Source of the DNA: Savitreella phatthalungensis
Lineage: Eukaryota
Assembly: GCA_051599415.1 (NCBI GenBank)
Contig: AP039707.1
Location: 186,001-250,000 of the forward strand
DNA: 64,000 nucleotides
Direction of reading: 5' to 3'
The first letter of the stretch is position 1. Every line of letters starts with the position of its first letter. Under the pieces are notes generated by a model. The model was not told the origin of the DNA, ran no database searches, and saw nothing but the letters and a program-made list of their open reading frames with translations. Below, one piece after another: positions 11,460 to 21,308 of this stretch. The position numbers and the translations under genes were made by a program.

Positions 11460-12611
11460 TCAGGTTGCGCATGCGCGGAGACTGCAAAAGTTGAGCATCA
11501 GTGCCAATAGGCCGACGATGACGCTGACCAGCATAAGCTTGCTGGGCAGCAGATCGTCGAGCCATGATTCTGCCGGCGGTGATGTCAGAGTTTGCGTGTC
11601 ATTATGCATGCTGGCAAGGACAGACGCCTCGAAAGATTCCAAAAGTTTGCGAAGTGAGTCATCGGTGTCAGCGTGATCTCGAAGGGCCTGTGCAGCTTCC
11701 AACACGTCAGAGGTCGTCTGTTCTCGCACCAGAGGTGCTCGTGGCGGTAGTTGTGGCTGATCGAGCATACGGGCGTCTGGTAAGCTCTGCTCCGGCGTGC
11801 TGTAGACTTCCGACAGCAAGGAAGTCGAGACTGTGACTGGCGTCATCGGCCGCGAAAGATCATGCAAATCCAATGCTGAGTCAATCCGAGTTTTATCGAT
11901 CTCATCGGGAATTGCCTTCCGGTCGCCATTTTCAGAGTGGACGCGTTCGGAGCCTGAAGATGCTAATGCACTTCGTGCATCAGAGAGAGACGTCTCGAGC
12001 AACGCGGAGAGCCTTCGAAACGAAGCCTCCTCATCACCATCAGCAGTGTCTTCAGCGACGTCAGCTTTCATAAGTGATTTGCCACTGGTGGTGTCCGTGC
12101 TAAGACTGGTAACTCTCCTGTCAAATAGTTGCTGCTTCACAGGTGATATTGAGCGTGTTTGGCCAGGCTTGCTGCGTCTGCGAGCACGAATCGCATCAAG
12201 CTCAGCTTCGACTTGCAACGCCTGGCTAGTCGGCGATTTTCCTAGATTTCGGGGCAGCGAATAATTACGCATATGTCGAGACTTCGCCACGGGAGATGGC
12301 GAGGGCGACATCGATTCAGGTGTCGACAACAAGCTTCGCAGATCTCTGAGCTCTTTCAGTAAGTTGTCCCTGTTGATGTTGTCTGCCGCTGCGGTGGAGT
12401 CGAGCGCATCAAGTTTTCTCGCCAGCGCGATGCGTACACGCTGTGCTGAGATTTCACTTGTACCCGATCCCGATGCAGGTGGCGAAGTCAGGGAGAATGA
12501 GCGGGCGGACGAAGGTGTGCTTGGAATACCAGCAAATTGGCGCGCGGCGACCCAGGATCCAGCTGACTTGCTGCCGACTGTGTCGCCTGTCTGCACCAGC
12601 ACAGCAGGCAT
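11460..12611 (-). CDS. Hypothetical Ser-rich, coiled-coil protein with a C-terminal TM (probably tail-anchored)
   Basis: 383-aa ATG ORF with a hydrophobic stretch LMLVSVIVGLLALMLNF near the C-terminus. No family recognised. Confidence 0.65.
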   Translation of the reverse strand: MPAVLVQTGDTVGSKSAGSWVAARQFAGIPSTPSSARSFSLTSPPASGSGTSEISAQRVRIALARKLDALDSTAAADNINRDNLLKELRDLRSLLSTPESMSPSPSPVAKSRHMRNYSLPRNLGKSPTSQALQVEAELDAIRARRRSKPGQTRSISPVKQQLFDRRVTSLSTDTTSGKSLMKADVAEDTADGDEEASFRRLSALLETSLSDARSALASSGSERVHSENGDRKAIPDEIDKTRIDSALDLHDLSRPMTPVTVSTSLLSEVYSTPEQSLPDARMLDQPQLPPRAPLVREQTTSDVLEAAQALRDHADTDDSLRKLLESFEASVLASMHNDTQTLTSPPAESWLDDLLPSKLMLVSVIVGLLALMLNFCSLRACAT

Positions 12612-13035
12612 GTCTAGAAAGGTGACTGAGGAGGTTAGGAGAGCGTCATGATGAGCTGAAGATGCGCTGCGGCACTGACAAGGTCTTCTGACATGTCCTC
12701 GTGACTTGGACGTCAGCCGTTGGGAACACTATCACGTGAGATTTGTTGGATTCCATGTCGGAACTCTCGGGAACCCCTTGGAAGCAGAATTCTGCTGCCT
12801 GCTGCACGCCACGAATTTTGAATGAAGGGTATGGCTGTGCAAATGACGTCAATCGTACATCATCACCTTCAAACGCCTCGATGACCATCACGTACCACGA
12901 CAGAATCTACCAACCCAAACGTCACCATCATCCTTCGATCTTCGGACACCCACACACGACACCACAGTCTACAAGAAGGGAGTCACGCCTGTAATCTCGA
13001 GAATCAATTGAATATTCGATCTTTCATCTAATACT

Positions 13036-13434
13036 ATGTCGAACCAGGTCAACACTGAGGGACTCGACCAGACGTCGAACGACACCTATGTTCAGAACAA
13101 GGTGAATGCCGGCAACAAGAATGCTGATGGAGGTAGACTTGCCACTGACACCATCGACGGACCTGACTCGAACAATGGCGCTGTCGGAAACAGCGGGAAC
13201 TCGCTTGTGGATGATCTGATCGCCGGTGGACCGGAGAAGGACTCGTTGGCCAACATGGCCGCTAGCGGTGAGGCTCAGAAGAGCGACTTGACTCACGGCA
13301 AGACGACTGTGGAAGGCAATCCATCGGGCAACCCATCGAGCGCTAGTGTCGGTGGCAACTCATCCATCACTAACCAGGAAGGCAACATCAACGCCGACCT
13401 GAACCACGGACCTGGTCGCCAGGGTCGCGTCTGA
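13036..13434 (+). CDS. Small hydrophilic Gly/Asn/Ser-rich protein (hydrophilin-like)
   Basis: 132-aa ATG ORF with C-ending codon bias like the highly expressed genes here. No Cys, Trp or Phe. Confidence 0.65.
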   Translation: MSNQVNTEGLDQTSNDTYVQNKVNAGNKNADGGRLATDTIDGPDSNNGAVGNSGNSLVDDLIAGGPEKDSLANMAASGEAQKSDLTHGKTTVEGNPSGNPSSASVGGNSSITNQEGNINADLNHGPGRQGRV

Positions 13435-13590
13435 GATTCCTAAACCACAGGTATTTGTGAAAGCATGAGAGCAGGTCAATTGGACAAGCTAGGGCCTGGA
13501 TGAAGGGAGAACACAAAGAAAACGAAAGGAGAGGTGATACGAGCTCGATTGCACAGCATAAGCATAACGATGATTCGAATAGTTGGGTAG

Positions 13591-16080
13591 TTAGCTACGA
13601 ATCAGACATTCACGTCGTATAGCTTCTACCTCTTCCGCTGACAGCTTGACAAGTCCTAGCTCTTCGATCAGACGATGTGATGACCCTCCTTGTAATTGTT
13701 GCTGTGAGTCTTGCTGTGCAGTCGCTTCAGCCTCATCGTCAGCTTCCCAGGTGAGGACGCTGCACACCTCGCGGCAGCGCTCGAATCGCTGGCGAATTTC
13801 CGCATCGGCTGAAGGATGGTACTGTTTCTGGAGTGGCTGCTTTGCAATTTCTGGGGTTGTGTAGAAGGCGATGTCGTCGACGGTCGCCTGGAAGCGAGGG
13901 ATCGAGGAAGCTTCAGCGATACACGTCTTCACGATCGACGAGATGTCGCGGTCGAGCCTGATGGCGCCAAGCTCGTTGCAGCGTGTGCCGACGATCCGCT
14001 TCTCCAGCACGCGGACGAACGCGCGCGTCGACAGGCGCAGCAGGAGATCGAACCCTGCTGGCGAGAGACCGTGGTGGGTCGATTTGGCTGCCATGATGGC
14101 AGCGGCTGACGTCGCAGGTCGGCCTGGTCGAAGTGGCGCAAGGATGGCTTCCCACCCGGCAGAGAATCGTCGACCGACTTCTCCACCAGCTGCTGGAGTC
14201 CCCTCTGCGGCCGATCCGAGCTCCTCAAATTGCGCAGCGCTGAGGACGTACGAGATGCCGTTGAAGGTGTCGTTGACCAGTGGACGGACTTTGTTCTTTA
14301 TGTGGTGGTTGTACAGCGCGTTGATGCCTTCCTCTAGCGCGCGTGAGAGACGCAGCCGCACGGTATGAAGTCCTTCGAGCGCACGCACGCATGATTCATG
14401 GGGTGAGTCAGTAGGGAGATCGCGCGAGAGTCGAGCCAGGTCGTGACCTGCAGCATGCTCGACCGCGATCTTGTCGACGTACTCAGCAGCCAGTGCCACC
14501 GCGTTCAACAACTCCACATACACCTGACGATCACGCTTCTCCGTCTCCTGTGCTGCAGCTGCTCGAGCCGCCCCGCCTGGACCTCCGACGACCAACCCGC
14601 CAGCACCCCTGAGTGCACCGATCCCGACACCACCTCCACCAGCACTCTGCTGCATGCGCGATTGCGCGTCCTGGAGACGACGACCGATCATACCTGCGTA
14701 GTCCTGCTCGATGATGCGGCGGACGGCGGCGAACGTGCTGGTCACTGTCTTCGGTAGACCTGTTGCGAGTGCGCGTGATGTGACTTTTCTCAGGATGAAC
14801 ATGACATCGTCCACTGTCGACGAAACGCTGTATGCCGTTTCCTCATCTTCGTGCTCGACCAGCGTCTCCAACTGGAAGGCACGCTCGACACTCCGCCGCA
14901 TGAAGTATGACTCGAGCGTTTCGTACGCTGGCTCACACATCTTCGCTACCAGATTCCCCAGCCCGCTAGCCAGGATGAAGGGAGCTTCCTTGTCTGTGGC
15001 GAGACGTCGAACGAAGTCTCGGTAAAGAGTGAAGCGCGAGCAGCAGACGCTCAGTTCCGTCAGCAAAGCGTCAAGCTGTTTCGAATCGACCTCGCGTTCA
15101 GCTGGTGGTGCAAGACCGCTTGCAGGACCGGATGTCGTGGATGTTGACGATGCATTGACCGACATGAAGGCAGATACGAGGAAGGAAAATGAGTAAGTCT
15201 TGACTTCAGCTACTTTGCCTTTAACCCCCCGATCCTCAAACATCGTCTGGAGGATTCGAATTCCCTGACGATCGCACTCGACCTGAACCCGGTCGAGGAC
15301 TCGGTCGATATTGTGGCCGTAGAATCGATGGATCAGCGGAGCATGCATGTCAAGCAGCTTGGCGATGTGCTCAAACAATCCCGTGAGCAAGCCGGCGTAA
15401 AGCATTGTGGACGGACCAGCAGCGACGTGGAGTGCAGACTCGGCACGCTCAGCAATGATGCCCGAGACGAACTCCGCGTAGAGATCGAGACCTCTGTCTG
15501 GACGATGAATCTGTGGGAATAGTTTGAAGAAGCGGGTGATCTGTTGGAGGTCGCGCTTATTCGCTGCCGCCTGGAACTCACGCTCGAATAGGACCAGGAG
15601 CGAATCTGCGGCTTCGCGGACTGTCTGCATTGGTTCCAGGGGTGCTTCGGCCGTCGGCACCATCTGTATGGCGAAGCCACCGCGAGCAATGTCATCTGGA
15701 ACTGCGTGAGCGCGTTCTATATGCTCTGCAGCAGTTTCCCAAGCACGCGACTCCATAGCTTCGTGAAGACCTCGCACACATCGGCGTAACTCCTTGACCT
15801 CGTCCACATGGTGTAAAGTCTGCTTGACGCGGGACTGCTCTGCGTCGAGCTTGCGAACGCTCGACGATATCCGCTCTGCCGTAGCTGCAGCTCCATCGAG
15901 TGACGATAGCAGAGCAGATGCACCGACCTGCAGTGAGCTGGTGGTTGCTCGCAGCAAGTTGAGCTTTGAGAGGTCGCGAGACAACTGGGAGCTGGACGCC
16001 AACAGCCGATCTACGTCGTTTGCCAGTGCTGACTCCCGGAGAGAGAGCTCCTGGAGCTGCCTGTAGACCTCAGTCGTCAT
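13591..16080 (-). CDS. COG4: Conserved oligomeric Golgi complex subunit 4
   Basis: AERISSSVRKLDAEQSRV, ITRFFKLFPQI, SSTVDDVMFILRK, NELGAIRLDRDI. Likely start ATG 16080 (alternative 16167). Confidence 0.92.
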   Translation of the reverse strand: MTTEVYRQLQELSLRESALANDVDRLLASSSQLSRDLSKLNLLRATTSSLQVGASALLSSLDGAAATAERISSSVRKLDAEQSRVKQTLHHVDEVKELRRCVRGLHEAMESRAWETAAEHIERAHAVPDDIARGGFAIQMVPTAEAPLEPMQTVREAADSLLVLFEREFQAAANKRDLQQITRFFKLFPQIHRPDRGLDLYAEFVSGIIAERAESALHVAAGPSTMLYAGLLTGLFEHIAKLLDMHAPLIHRFYGHNIDRVLDRVQVECDRQGIRILQTMFEDRGVKGKVAEVKTYSFSFLVSAFMSVNASSTSTTSGPASGLAPPAEREVDSKQLDALLTELSVCCSRFTLYRDFVRRLATDKEAPFILASGLGNLVAKMCEPAYETLESYFMRRSVERAFQLETLVEHEDEETAYSVSSTVDDVMFILRKVTSRALATGLPKTVTSTFAAVRRIIEQDYAGMIGRRLQDAQSRMQQSAGGGGVGIGALRGAGGLVVGGPGGAARAAAAQETEKRDRQVYVELLNAVALAAEYVDKIAVEHAAGHDLARLSRDLPTDSPHESCVRALEGLHTVRLRLSRALEEGINALYNHHIKNKVRPLVNDTFNGISYVLSAAQFEELGSAAEGTPAAGGEVGRRFSAGWEAILAPLRPGRPATSAAAIMAAKSTHHGLSPAGFDLLLRLSTRAFVRVLEKRIVGTRCNELGAIRLDRDISSIVKTCIAEASSIPRFQATVDDIAFYTTPEIAKQPLQKQYHPSADAEIRQRFERCREVCSVLTWEADDEAEATAQQDSQQQLQGGSSHRLIEELGLVKLSAEEVEAIRRECLIRS

Positions 16081-16394
16081 TGAGAACGTGTCATAGAGTA
16101 CAGTGCGTTGTTGATCTTGTGCACGTGAATGATCGATGTGTGAAGACCCCAAGATGTATAAATTCATATGTACGCGATGAAGCGTAACCCTGATTCAATT
16201 TATGCAGCACATACGGAATGCAGAACGCAGAACGCCGCCTCTTGAGGCTAACGAAGAGTACCAATGCCCATTGATGGTTCATCAATGCAATGTGAAAGCA
16301 GGAGAAGAAGACGAAGATACGGAAACGCGTGCTGATGCAGTGATAGTCATTCTAGTATACACATACTTATGCTTTGAACATTCGTTGGGCTTCT

Positions 16395-17225
16395 TTACAC
16401 GGTGTCGTCGTGGATGGACACGACGTAGCCTTTGCTCTCAACAACGCCTCGTGACTTGACGACGGCAGTGAATTTGCAGACCCACCGTGGCAGCCAGTGC
16501 TTGTCCTCCGATAGCTTGTACTCGGCCAAAAGGTCGTTGAGCGTTGCAGCAGGAAGCATGTCGCTGGCGTCTCCGTGGGTGTACAGCTTGATACCACGAC
16601 CTTTGGCAAATTGGACAAGATCTCGTGGCATGACGCAGCAGTCTTTCAGGTTGATCTGGTTGACGTGTGGCTGTGTGAGAGATGCCTGGGTCGCTGCATC
16701 GCACAGCTGCTCGAGCTTGCGAGCTGAAAATTCGGCAATACCAAGGGCCCTTGTTGATCCACGTGATTGAAGGTCAGCGCCAATCCTGTAGGCCTGGATG
16801 ATGTCCGCAAGCTCATTGTCGTCGAATGCGTCTGTATCATCTGCATCCAGAGCTATGCCAGGGAAGCTGAGGATGTATAGATCGACAGAGTCCGTGCCGA
16901 GACTCCTGTTGACTGCTTGTAGCGCTTCCTCCACTGCTTCGCCTCTGCATTTACCCTTGCACTCTTGAGTGAAGAAGATTTTGGCTGTGATTTCATACTC
17001 TGAAGCCTCGTCTTTGAGCTTGCATGAGGTTGGATCAGGTCCGTTCTGAGGACTTTGAGGTTGTGGTGGCTGGTTATTTTGGTTGGTCAGAGATTTGTTG
17101 CCTGTAGAGAATGCGTATCTGAGTGCTGTGACGAGCTCGTTGTTGCTCTTCTGGAGGGAAGCGTTTGATAATGGTAAACCTTGTCCTGCTCTGAGAATGT
17201 TTGGGGTGGAGATGAGTGACCGCAT
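16395..17225 (-). CDS. GCLM: Glutamate-cysteine ligase modifier (regulatory) subunit, AKR fold
   Basis: LISTPNIL, YEITAKIFF, LGIAEFS, VNQINLKDCCVMP, THGD..DMLP, WVCKFTAVVKSRGVVESKGY. First ATG is at 17225. Confidence 0.85.
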   Translation of the reverse strand: MRSLISTPNILRAGQGLPLSNASLQKSNNELVTALRYAFSTGNKSLTNQNNQPPQPQSPQNGPDPTSCKLKDEASEYEITAKIFFTQECKGKCRGEAVEEALQAVNRSLGTDSVDLYILSFPGIALDADDTDAFDDNELADIIQAYRIGADLQSRGSTRALGIAEFSARKLEQLCDAATQASLTQPHVNQINLKDCCVMPRDLVQFAKGRGIKLYTHGDASDMLPAATLNDLLAEYKLSEDKHWLPRWVCKFTAVVKSRGVVESKGYVVSIHDDTV

Positions 17226-17563
17226 GGCGTTGGGGGAGTGAAGATCACTTGGTAGCTCTAGTGCTTGACTGTTGGCGAGCAAGGATGAGAGCGCTCACAG
17301 AGCTTCCGCTGATCTGTTGATTGAGAACAGCGAGTGAGTGAATGAATGGGTAAGATGAGTGAGTAGGATGACTGATGGTTGAACGGATGGACGGTTGCTT
17401 AGGAATATAGGATATGCGTATACGATGATGTGACTGTGATCACGTGGAAGCCGTTGCATCATCCTCGATCTCAAATATAATATTGTTTTTTTAAAATCAC
17501 ATGCAATTTAGAACTGTGATCCCCTGAACAAAATAAAACGGAAAATTATTCACCATCATTCAA

Positions 17564-17612
17564 CTGCATCTGCTGCATCTGCTGCATCTGCATTTGCATC
17601 TGCATCTGCATC
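17564..17612. repeat. Imperfect tandem array of (T/C)TGCATC units in the GCLM-crtI divergent intergenic region
   Basis: ctgcatctgctgcatctgctgcatctgcatttgcatctgcatctgcatc contains six GCATC plus one GCATT. Confidence 0.85.
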
Positions 17613-17851
17613 CCCATGTGCATGTGGAAGGGATAAAGTCTGATTGACTGATGAGGGAAATCCAAATCGGAAAATATTATATCATACACTACGCCCAAAC
17701 ACGTACATGTAGACCCAGTTGTGGATATATGTACAGTCTGTGCCCTTCATCAATCTAGCTAGCTCCATATTGCCATTTCAGATTCATCGTCTCATCTACT
17801 CATTCATCTCCCATCTCGTCAGTCGCGCAACCAGTCTCGCTGTGCTGTAAG

Positions 17852-19558
17852 ATGAAGGCAGTCATCGTTGGATGTGGTGTAGGTGGTGTAGCGACCGCAG
17901 CTAGGCTTGCACGTGCAGGCATCCAGGTCATCGTGCTCGAGAAGAACGACTTCAACGGTGGTAGATGCTCTCTCCTCTATCAAGATGGCTATCGCTTCGA
18001 TCGCGGACCCTCATTCTACCTCATGCCCAAGACTTTCGAGGAGACTTTCGATGACCTAGGCGAGGACATTCACGAGTGGATCGACCTCCGCAAGTGTCCT
18101 ACAAACTACATTGTACATTATCACGATGGCAAGACGTTAGAGCTCTCGACAGATTTGACACGGATGCGGGAGCAGCTAGAGCGCTTCGAGCCAGGCAGCT
18201 TTGAGCACTACCTCCGCTTCATGAAGGAGGCGCATATTCACTACGACATGAGCGTCAACATGGTGCTCAAGAACAATTTTGAAACCATCTGGCAACTACT
18301 CACCCTCAACAACCTGGTCAAGGCATTCAAGCTTCATGTCCTCAACAAGGTCTACAGCAGAGCTTGCAAGTACTTCCGCAGCGATCGGTTACGTCGTGCA
18401 TTCACATTCCAGTCGATGTACATGGGCATGTCTCCGTTCGATGCACCTGCCACGTACAATCTGCTGCAGTACACGGAACTCGCCGAGGGTATCTGGTACC
18501 CGATCGGCGGATTCAATACCGTTGTTCAGTCATTAGAGAAAATTGCGAAGAAGCACGGCGCTGACTTCCGATACAATTCAGAGGTCAAACGAATCGTGAC
18601 TGAAGGCAAAGTGACCAAAGGCTGTGAGCTGACGGACGGTACTTTCGTGGAGGCAGATATCGTGATCTGTAATGCGGATCTCTTGTACGCTTACAATGAG
18701 CTTCTACCAGAGTCGTCCTATGGAAAAAGTCTAGACAAGAAGAACCTCACTTCAAGCTCAATCAGCTTCTACTGGGGTCTTGATCGAAAGGTCGAAGGTC
18801 TGAATGCACACAACATCTTCCTCGCAGAACATTACCGCGAGTCCTTCGATGACATCTTTAAGAAGCTATCACTACCAAAGGACCCGTCCTTCTATGTCAA
18901 CGTTCCGTCCCGTATCGACAAGACAGCCGCACCTGACGGCAAGGACGCCGTTGTCGTGCTTGTGCCCGTCGGCTGGATCTCTGACGCGAAGGGACCACAA
19001 GATTGGCCGCTTATGATCGCGCGGGCACGTGCATTTGTGCTCGAGACGTTATCGCGTCAGCTCGGGATTGAGGACTTTGGGTCGCTGATCACGACAGAGC
19101 GTGTTTCTACGCCGCATGACTGGGCAGCAGATTTCAACTTGTACAAGGGCGCCATCCTCGGCCTCTCTCACGACATTCTCCAGGTGCTGTGGTTCCGACC
19201 GGGGACAAAGCACGCAACCTTGAAGAATCTCTACTTTGTCGGAGCTTCCACGCAGCCAGGGACCGGCGTGCCAATCGTCATGTGCGGTGCCAAGCTCACG
19301 GCCACCCAGATCCTGCGCGACTACAAGGTCGCCGCACCACCATCCAGGAGTGCGGTCGAGAGTGGTCAGGTCGCCAGTCCGAACGAGAAGCATCTCCCTC
19401 CACCCCAGCTCTCCGCCCTCGACATCCTCCGCGAGCGACAATCGACCTTAGCCAACTTCTTCTTCCTGCTCGTCATCCTTGCATTCATCACTAGCGCTTC
19501 ACTTCTCCCGCGTTTTGTAGACCTTCCTCAAGTGGGATTTCTCCCGCGCCTAAAGTAG
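17852..19558 (+). CDS. crtI: Phytoene desaturase (CrtI/Al-1/CarB)
   Basis: FAD motif VIVGCGVGG, GGRCS, RFDRGPS, FQSMYMGMSPFDAPATY.LLQYTE, GASTQPGTGVP, and the fungal C-terminal hydrophobic anchor. Confidence 0.95.
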   Translation: MKAVIVGCGVGGVATAARLARAGIQVIVLEKNDFNGGRCSLLYQDGYRFDRGPSFYLMPKTFEETFDDLGEDIHEWIDLRKCPTNYIVHYHDGKTLELSTDLTRMREQLERFEPGSFEHYLRFMKEAHIHYDMSVNMVLKNNFETIWQLLTLNNLVKAFKLHVLNKVYSRACKYFRSDRLRRAFTFQSMYMGMSPFDAPATYNLLQYTELAEGIWYPIGGFNTVVQSLEKIAKKHGADFRYNSEVKRIVTEGKVTKGCELTDGTFVEADIVICNADLLYAYNELLPESSYGKSLDKKNLTSSSISFYWGLDRKVEGLNAHNIFLAEHYRESFDDIFKKLSLPKDPSFYVNVPSRIDKTAAPDGKDAVVVLVPVGWISDAKGPQDWPLMIARARAFVLETLSRQLGIEDFGSLITTERVSTPHDWAADFNLYKGAILGLSHDILQVLWFRPGTKHATLKNLYFVGASTQPGTGVPIVMCGAKLTATQILRDYKVAAPPSRSAVESGQVASPNEKHLPPPQLSALDILRERQSTLANFFFLLVILAFITSASLLPRFVDLPQVGFLPRLK

Positions 19559-19732
19559 AAGTCTCAAATCTGACGTCCGGGCACGTCACGCACGTGTCTC
19601 GCTTACGAAGCCTCTCAGGTGGTTGACAACGATTCACTATATCTTCATCAAAGGAGAATACTATTTAATGTCCATTTGTGTGGTCATGTGAAGTGATGTA
19701 TTGTGTGAGTATCCTCTAGTCATGTCTCTTCG

Positions 19733-20971
19733 TTAGACTGGCGTGGCTTGTTGCGCATTGGTTGCCGTTCCAGCGGTATTGGCACCAGCAGCGGTAGCAG
19801 TGGCTGCATCGATATCGAGCTGACGCGTCATCTGAGCCATACGTCGCTGCATATCGATCAGCGCAGCTTGGTTGTTCGGGTCGAATCTGGCGGCGGCTGC
19901 TGGAGCTCTAGACTGTGAATCGGTCGTGGCTGCAGCGCTGCGAGGGAATAGAACCCAGCCATCGTCGGTGATGGATGCGCCCTGGAGTCTGCCGCGGGCG
20001 GAAGCCTGGTGGAGCATTTTTCGGACGTCGTCAGGGGTACCGAGGTGGCAGCCGTTGGCGAGGTCGCCGATGCTGATACTCGTGTACACTCGAGCGATGC
20101 GGATCGCGCAGTGCATCGGCACACTTGCGATCGCCTCCGTCACAAGCCTCTGCGCTCTGTTCTCAGAAAAGCGTGCCATGTGTGTTGCCGCAACGCGCTG
20201 CAGTGCGGCGAAGGGCTCTTCGTCCGGGCCGAGTGTCGTCGGTATCGGCGTGGTTAGATCGGCTGTGTCGGGGGAAGTGAAGTTGAAGATCGAATTCGCA
20301 GATAAGTGATCTTGTGCTGCCGGAGGCTTTGGAAATACGGCGTCGAGAACGCGCGCAAATGCTTCAGCGAGCTCGTCGTAGGGCTTCGCGAGCACTTGCA
20401 GCGACCGTGTGAGTGTCTGCGACATTCCCTCGGGCGGTGTGGCACGCCCGTGCTCGAGCAGTCCGACGAGCACGTACATCTGGTACGCCTCGACCTGAAT
20501 CAAACTGCTCGCCTCACCCCCACAGATGAGAACGAGAGAAAAGTAGAACAAGGAGGTCTGGCGATCGCCACAGCTCGCCAAGCAGATCGCCAGATAGAAG
20601 TGGTATTCTAGGTGATCTTGAGGGACGAGGTGGTGAGCTGCTGTCGACATGTAATCTGTCGGTCGCGGGACAAGCTCATTGACTGCGTACTCATAAGCCC
20701 TTGTCATACAGCACATCTTTGCGAGCGGCGCATGCAAAGGTGTCAAGCTGCCTGCAGGGTAGCGGCCGATCGCGGCGGATAGGACTTCAACACAGAACTG
20801 TGGAGCAAGTAACTTACATGCTGAATCGATAACAAGTCTGAGAAAGGTTGCTTGTTCTTTTCTAACACTCCCAGGATCGAATGCGGCCAGATAGTCCGTG
20901 ATTAGGGTCGAAGCATTCGGATCGCTACCATTCAAGGCAGCCACAACTGTATTCAGGTCTGGCGCCGTCAT
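19733..20971 (-). CDS. CSN3: COP9 signalosome subunit 3-like (PCI domain)
   Basis: SLTPLHAPLAKMC, LEYHFY, SLIQVEAYQMYVLVGLLEHG, KPYDELAEAF, RVYTSISI. First ATG is at 20971. Confidence 0.75.
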   Translation of the reverse strand: MTAPDLNTVVAALNGSDPNASTLITDYLAAFDPGSVRKEQATFLRLVIDSACKLLAPQFCVEVLSAAIGRYPAGSLTPLHAPLAKMCCMTRAYEYAVNELVPRPTDYMSTAAHHLVPQDHLEYHFYLAICLASCGDRQTSLFYFSLVLICGGEASSLIQVEAYQMYVLVGLLEHGRATPPEGMSQTLTRSLQVLAKPYDELAEAFARVLDAVFPKPPAAQDHLSANSIFNFTSPDTADLTTPIPTTLGPDEEPFAALQRVAATHMARFSENRAQRLVTEAIASVPMHCAIRIARVYTSISIGDLANGCHLGTPDDVRKMLHQASARGRLQGASITDDGWVLFPRSAAATTDSQSRAPAAAARFDPNNQAALIDMQRRMAQMTRQLDIDAATATAAGANTAGTATNAQQATPV

Positions 20972-21308
20972 TGATCCTTCTAGCCGAGCATATGTCAAAG
21001 TCAGCCACTCTGAACTATTGAGAGGTCACCTTCTTGACCCAGATCGTTGTGTAGAGCGAGTGGCGCTGGAGTAGGTGCGTATATAAGGCGGATAGCAGGT
21101 GAAGGGTCAACTTGATTGTCAAGCGTCCTGCATCCGATCGTGATTGACCGATCAAAGTTGATCTGATCATCCATTGAATTGATCACGTTACGCTGCAGTA
21201 ACGCAACGAACCACAGTATACAGTATACAAAGCACAAGGGGGTGCCTGAAGACAGAGCACCCACGGATCTAGCACTGTTGCCTTCCCTTCTCCACTAATC
21301 CCTTCAAG

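Noticed and set aside
11460..11480. C-terminal RACAT as a CaaX prenylation signal
   Set aside because: The Cys is third, not fourth, from the C-terminus.
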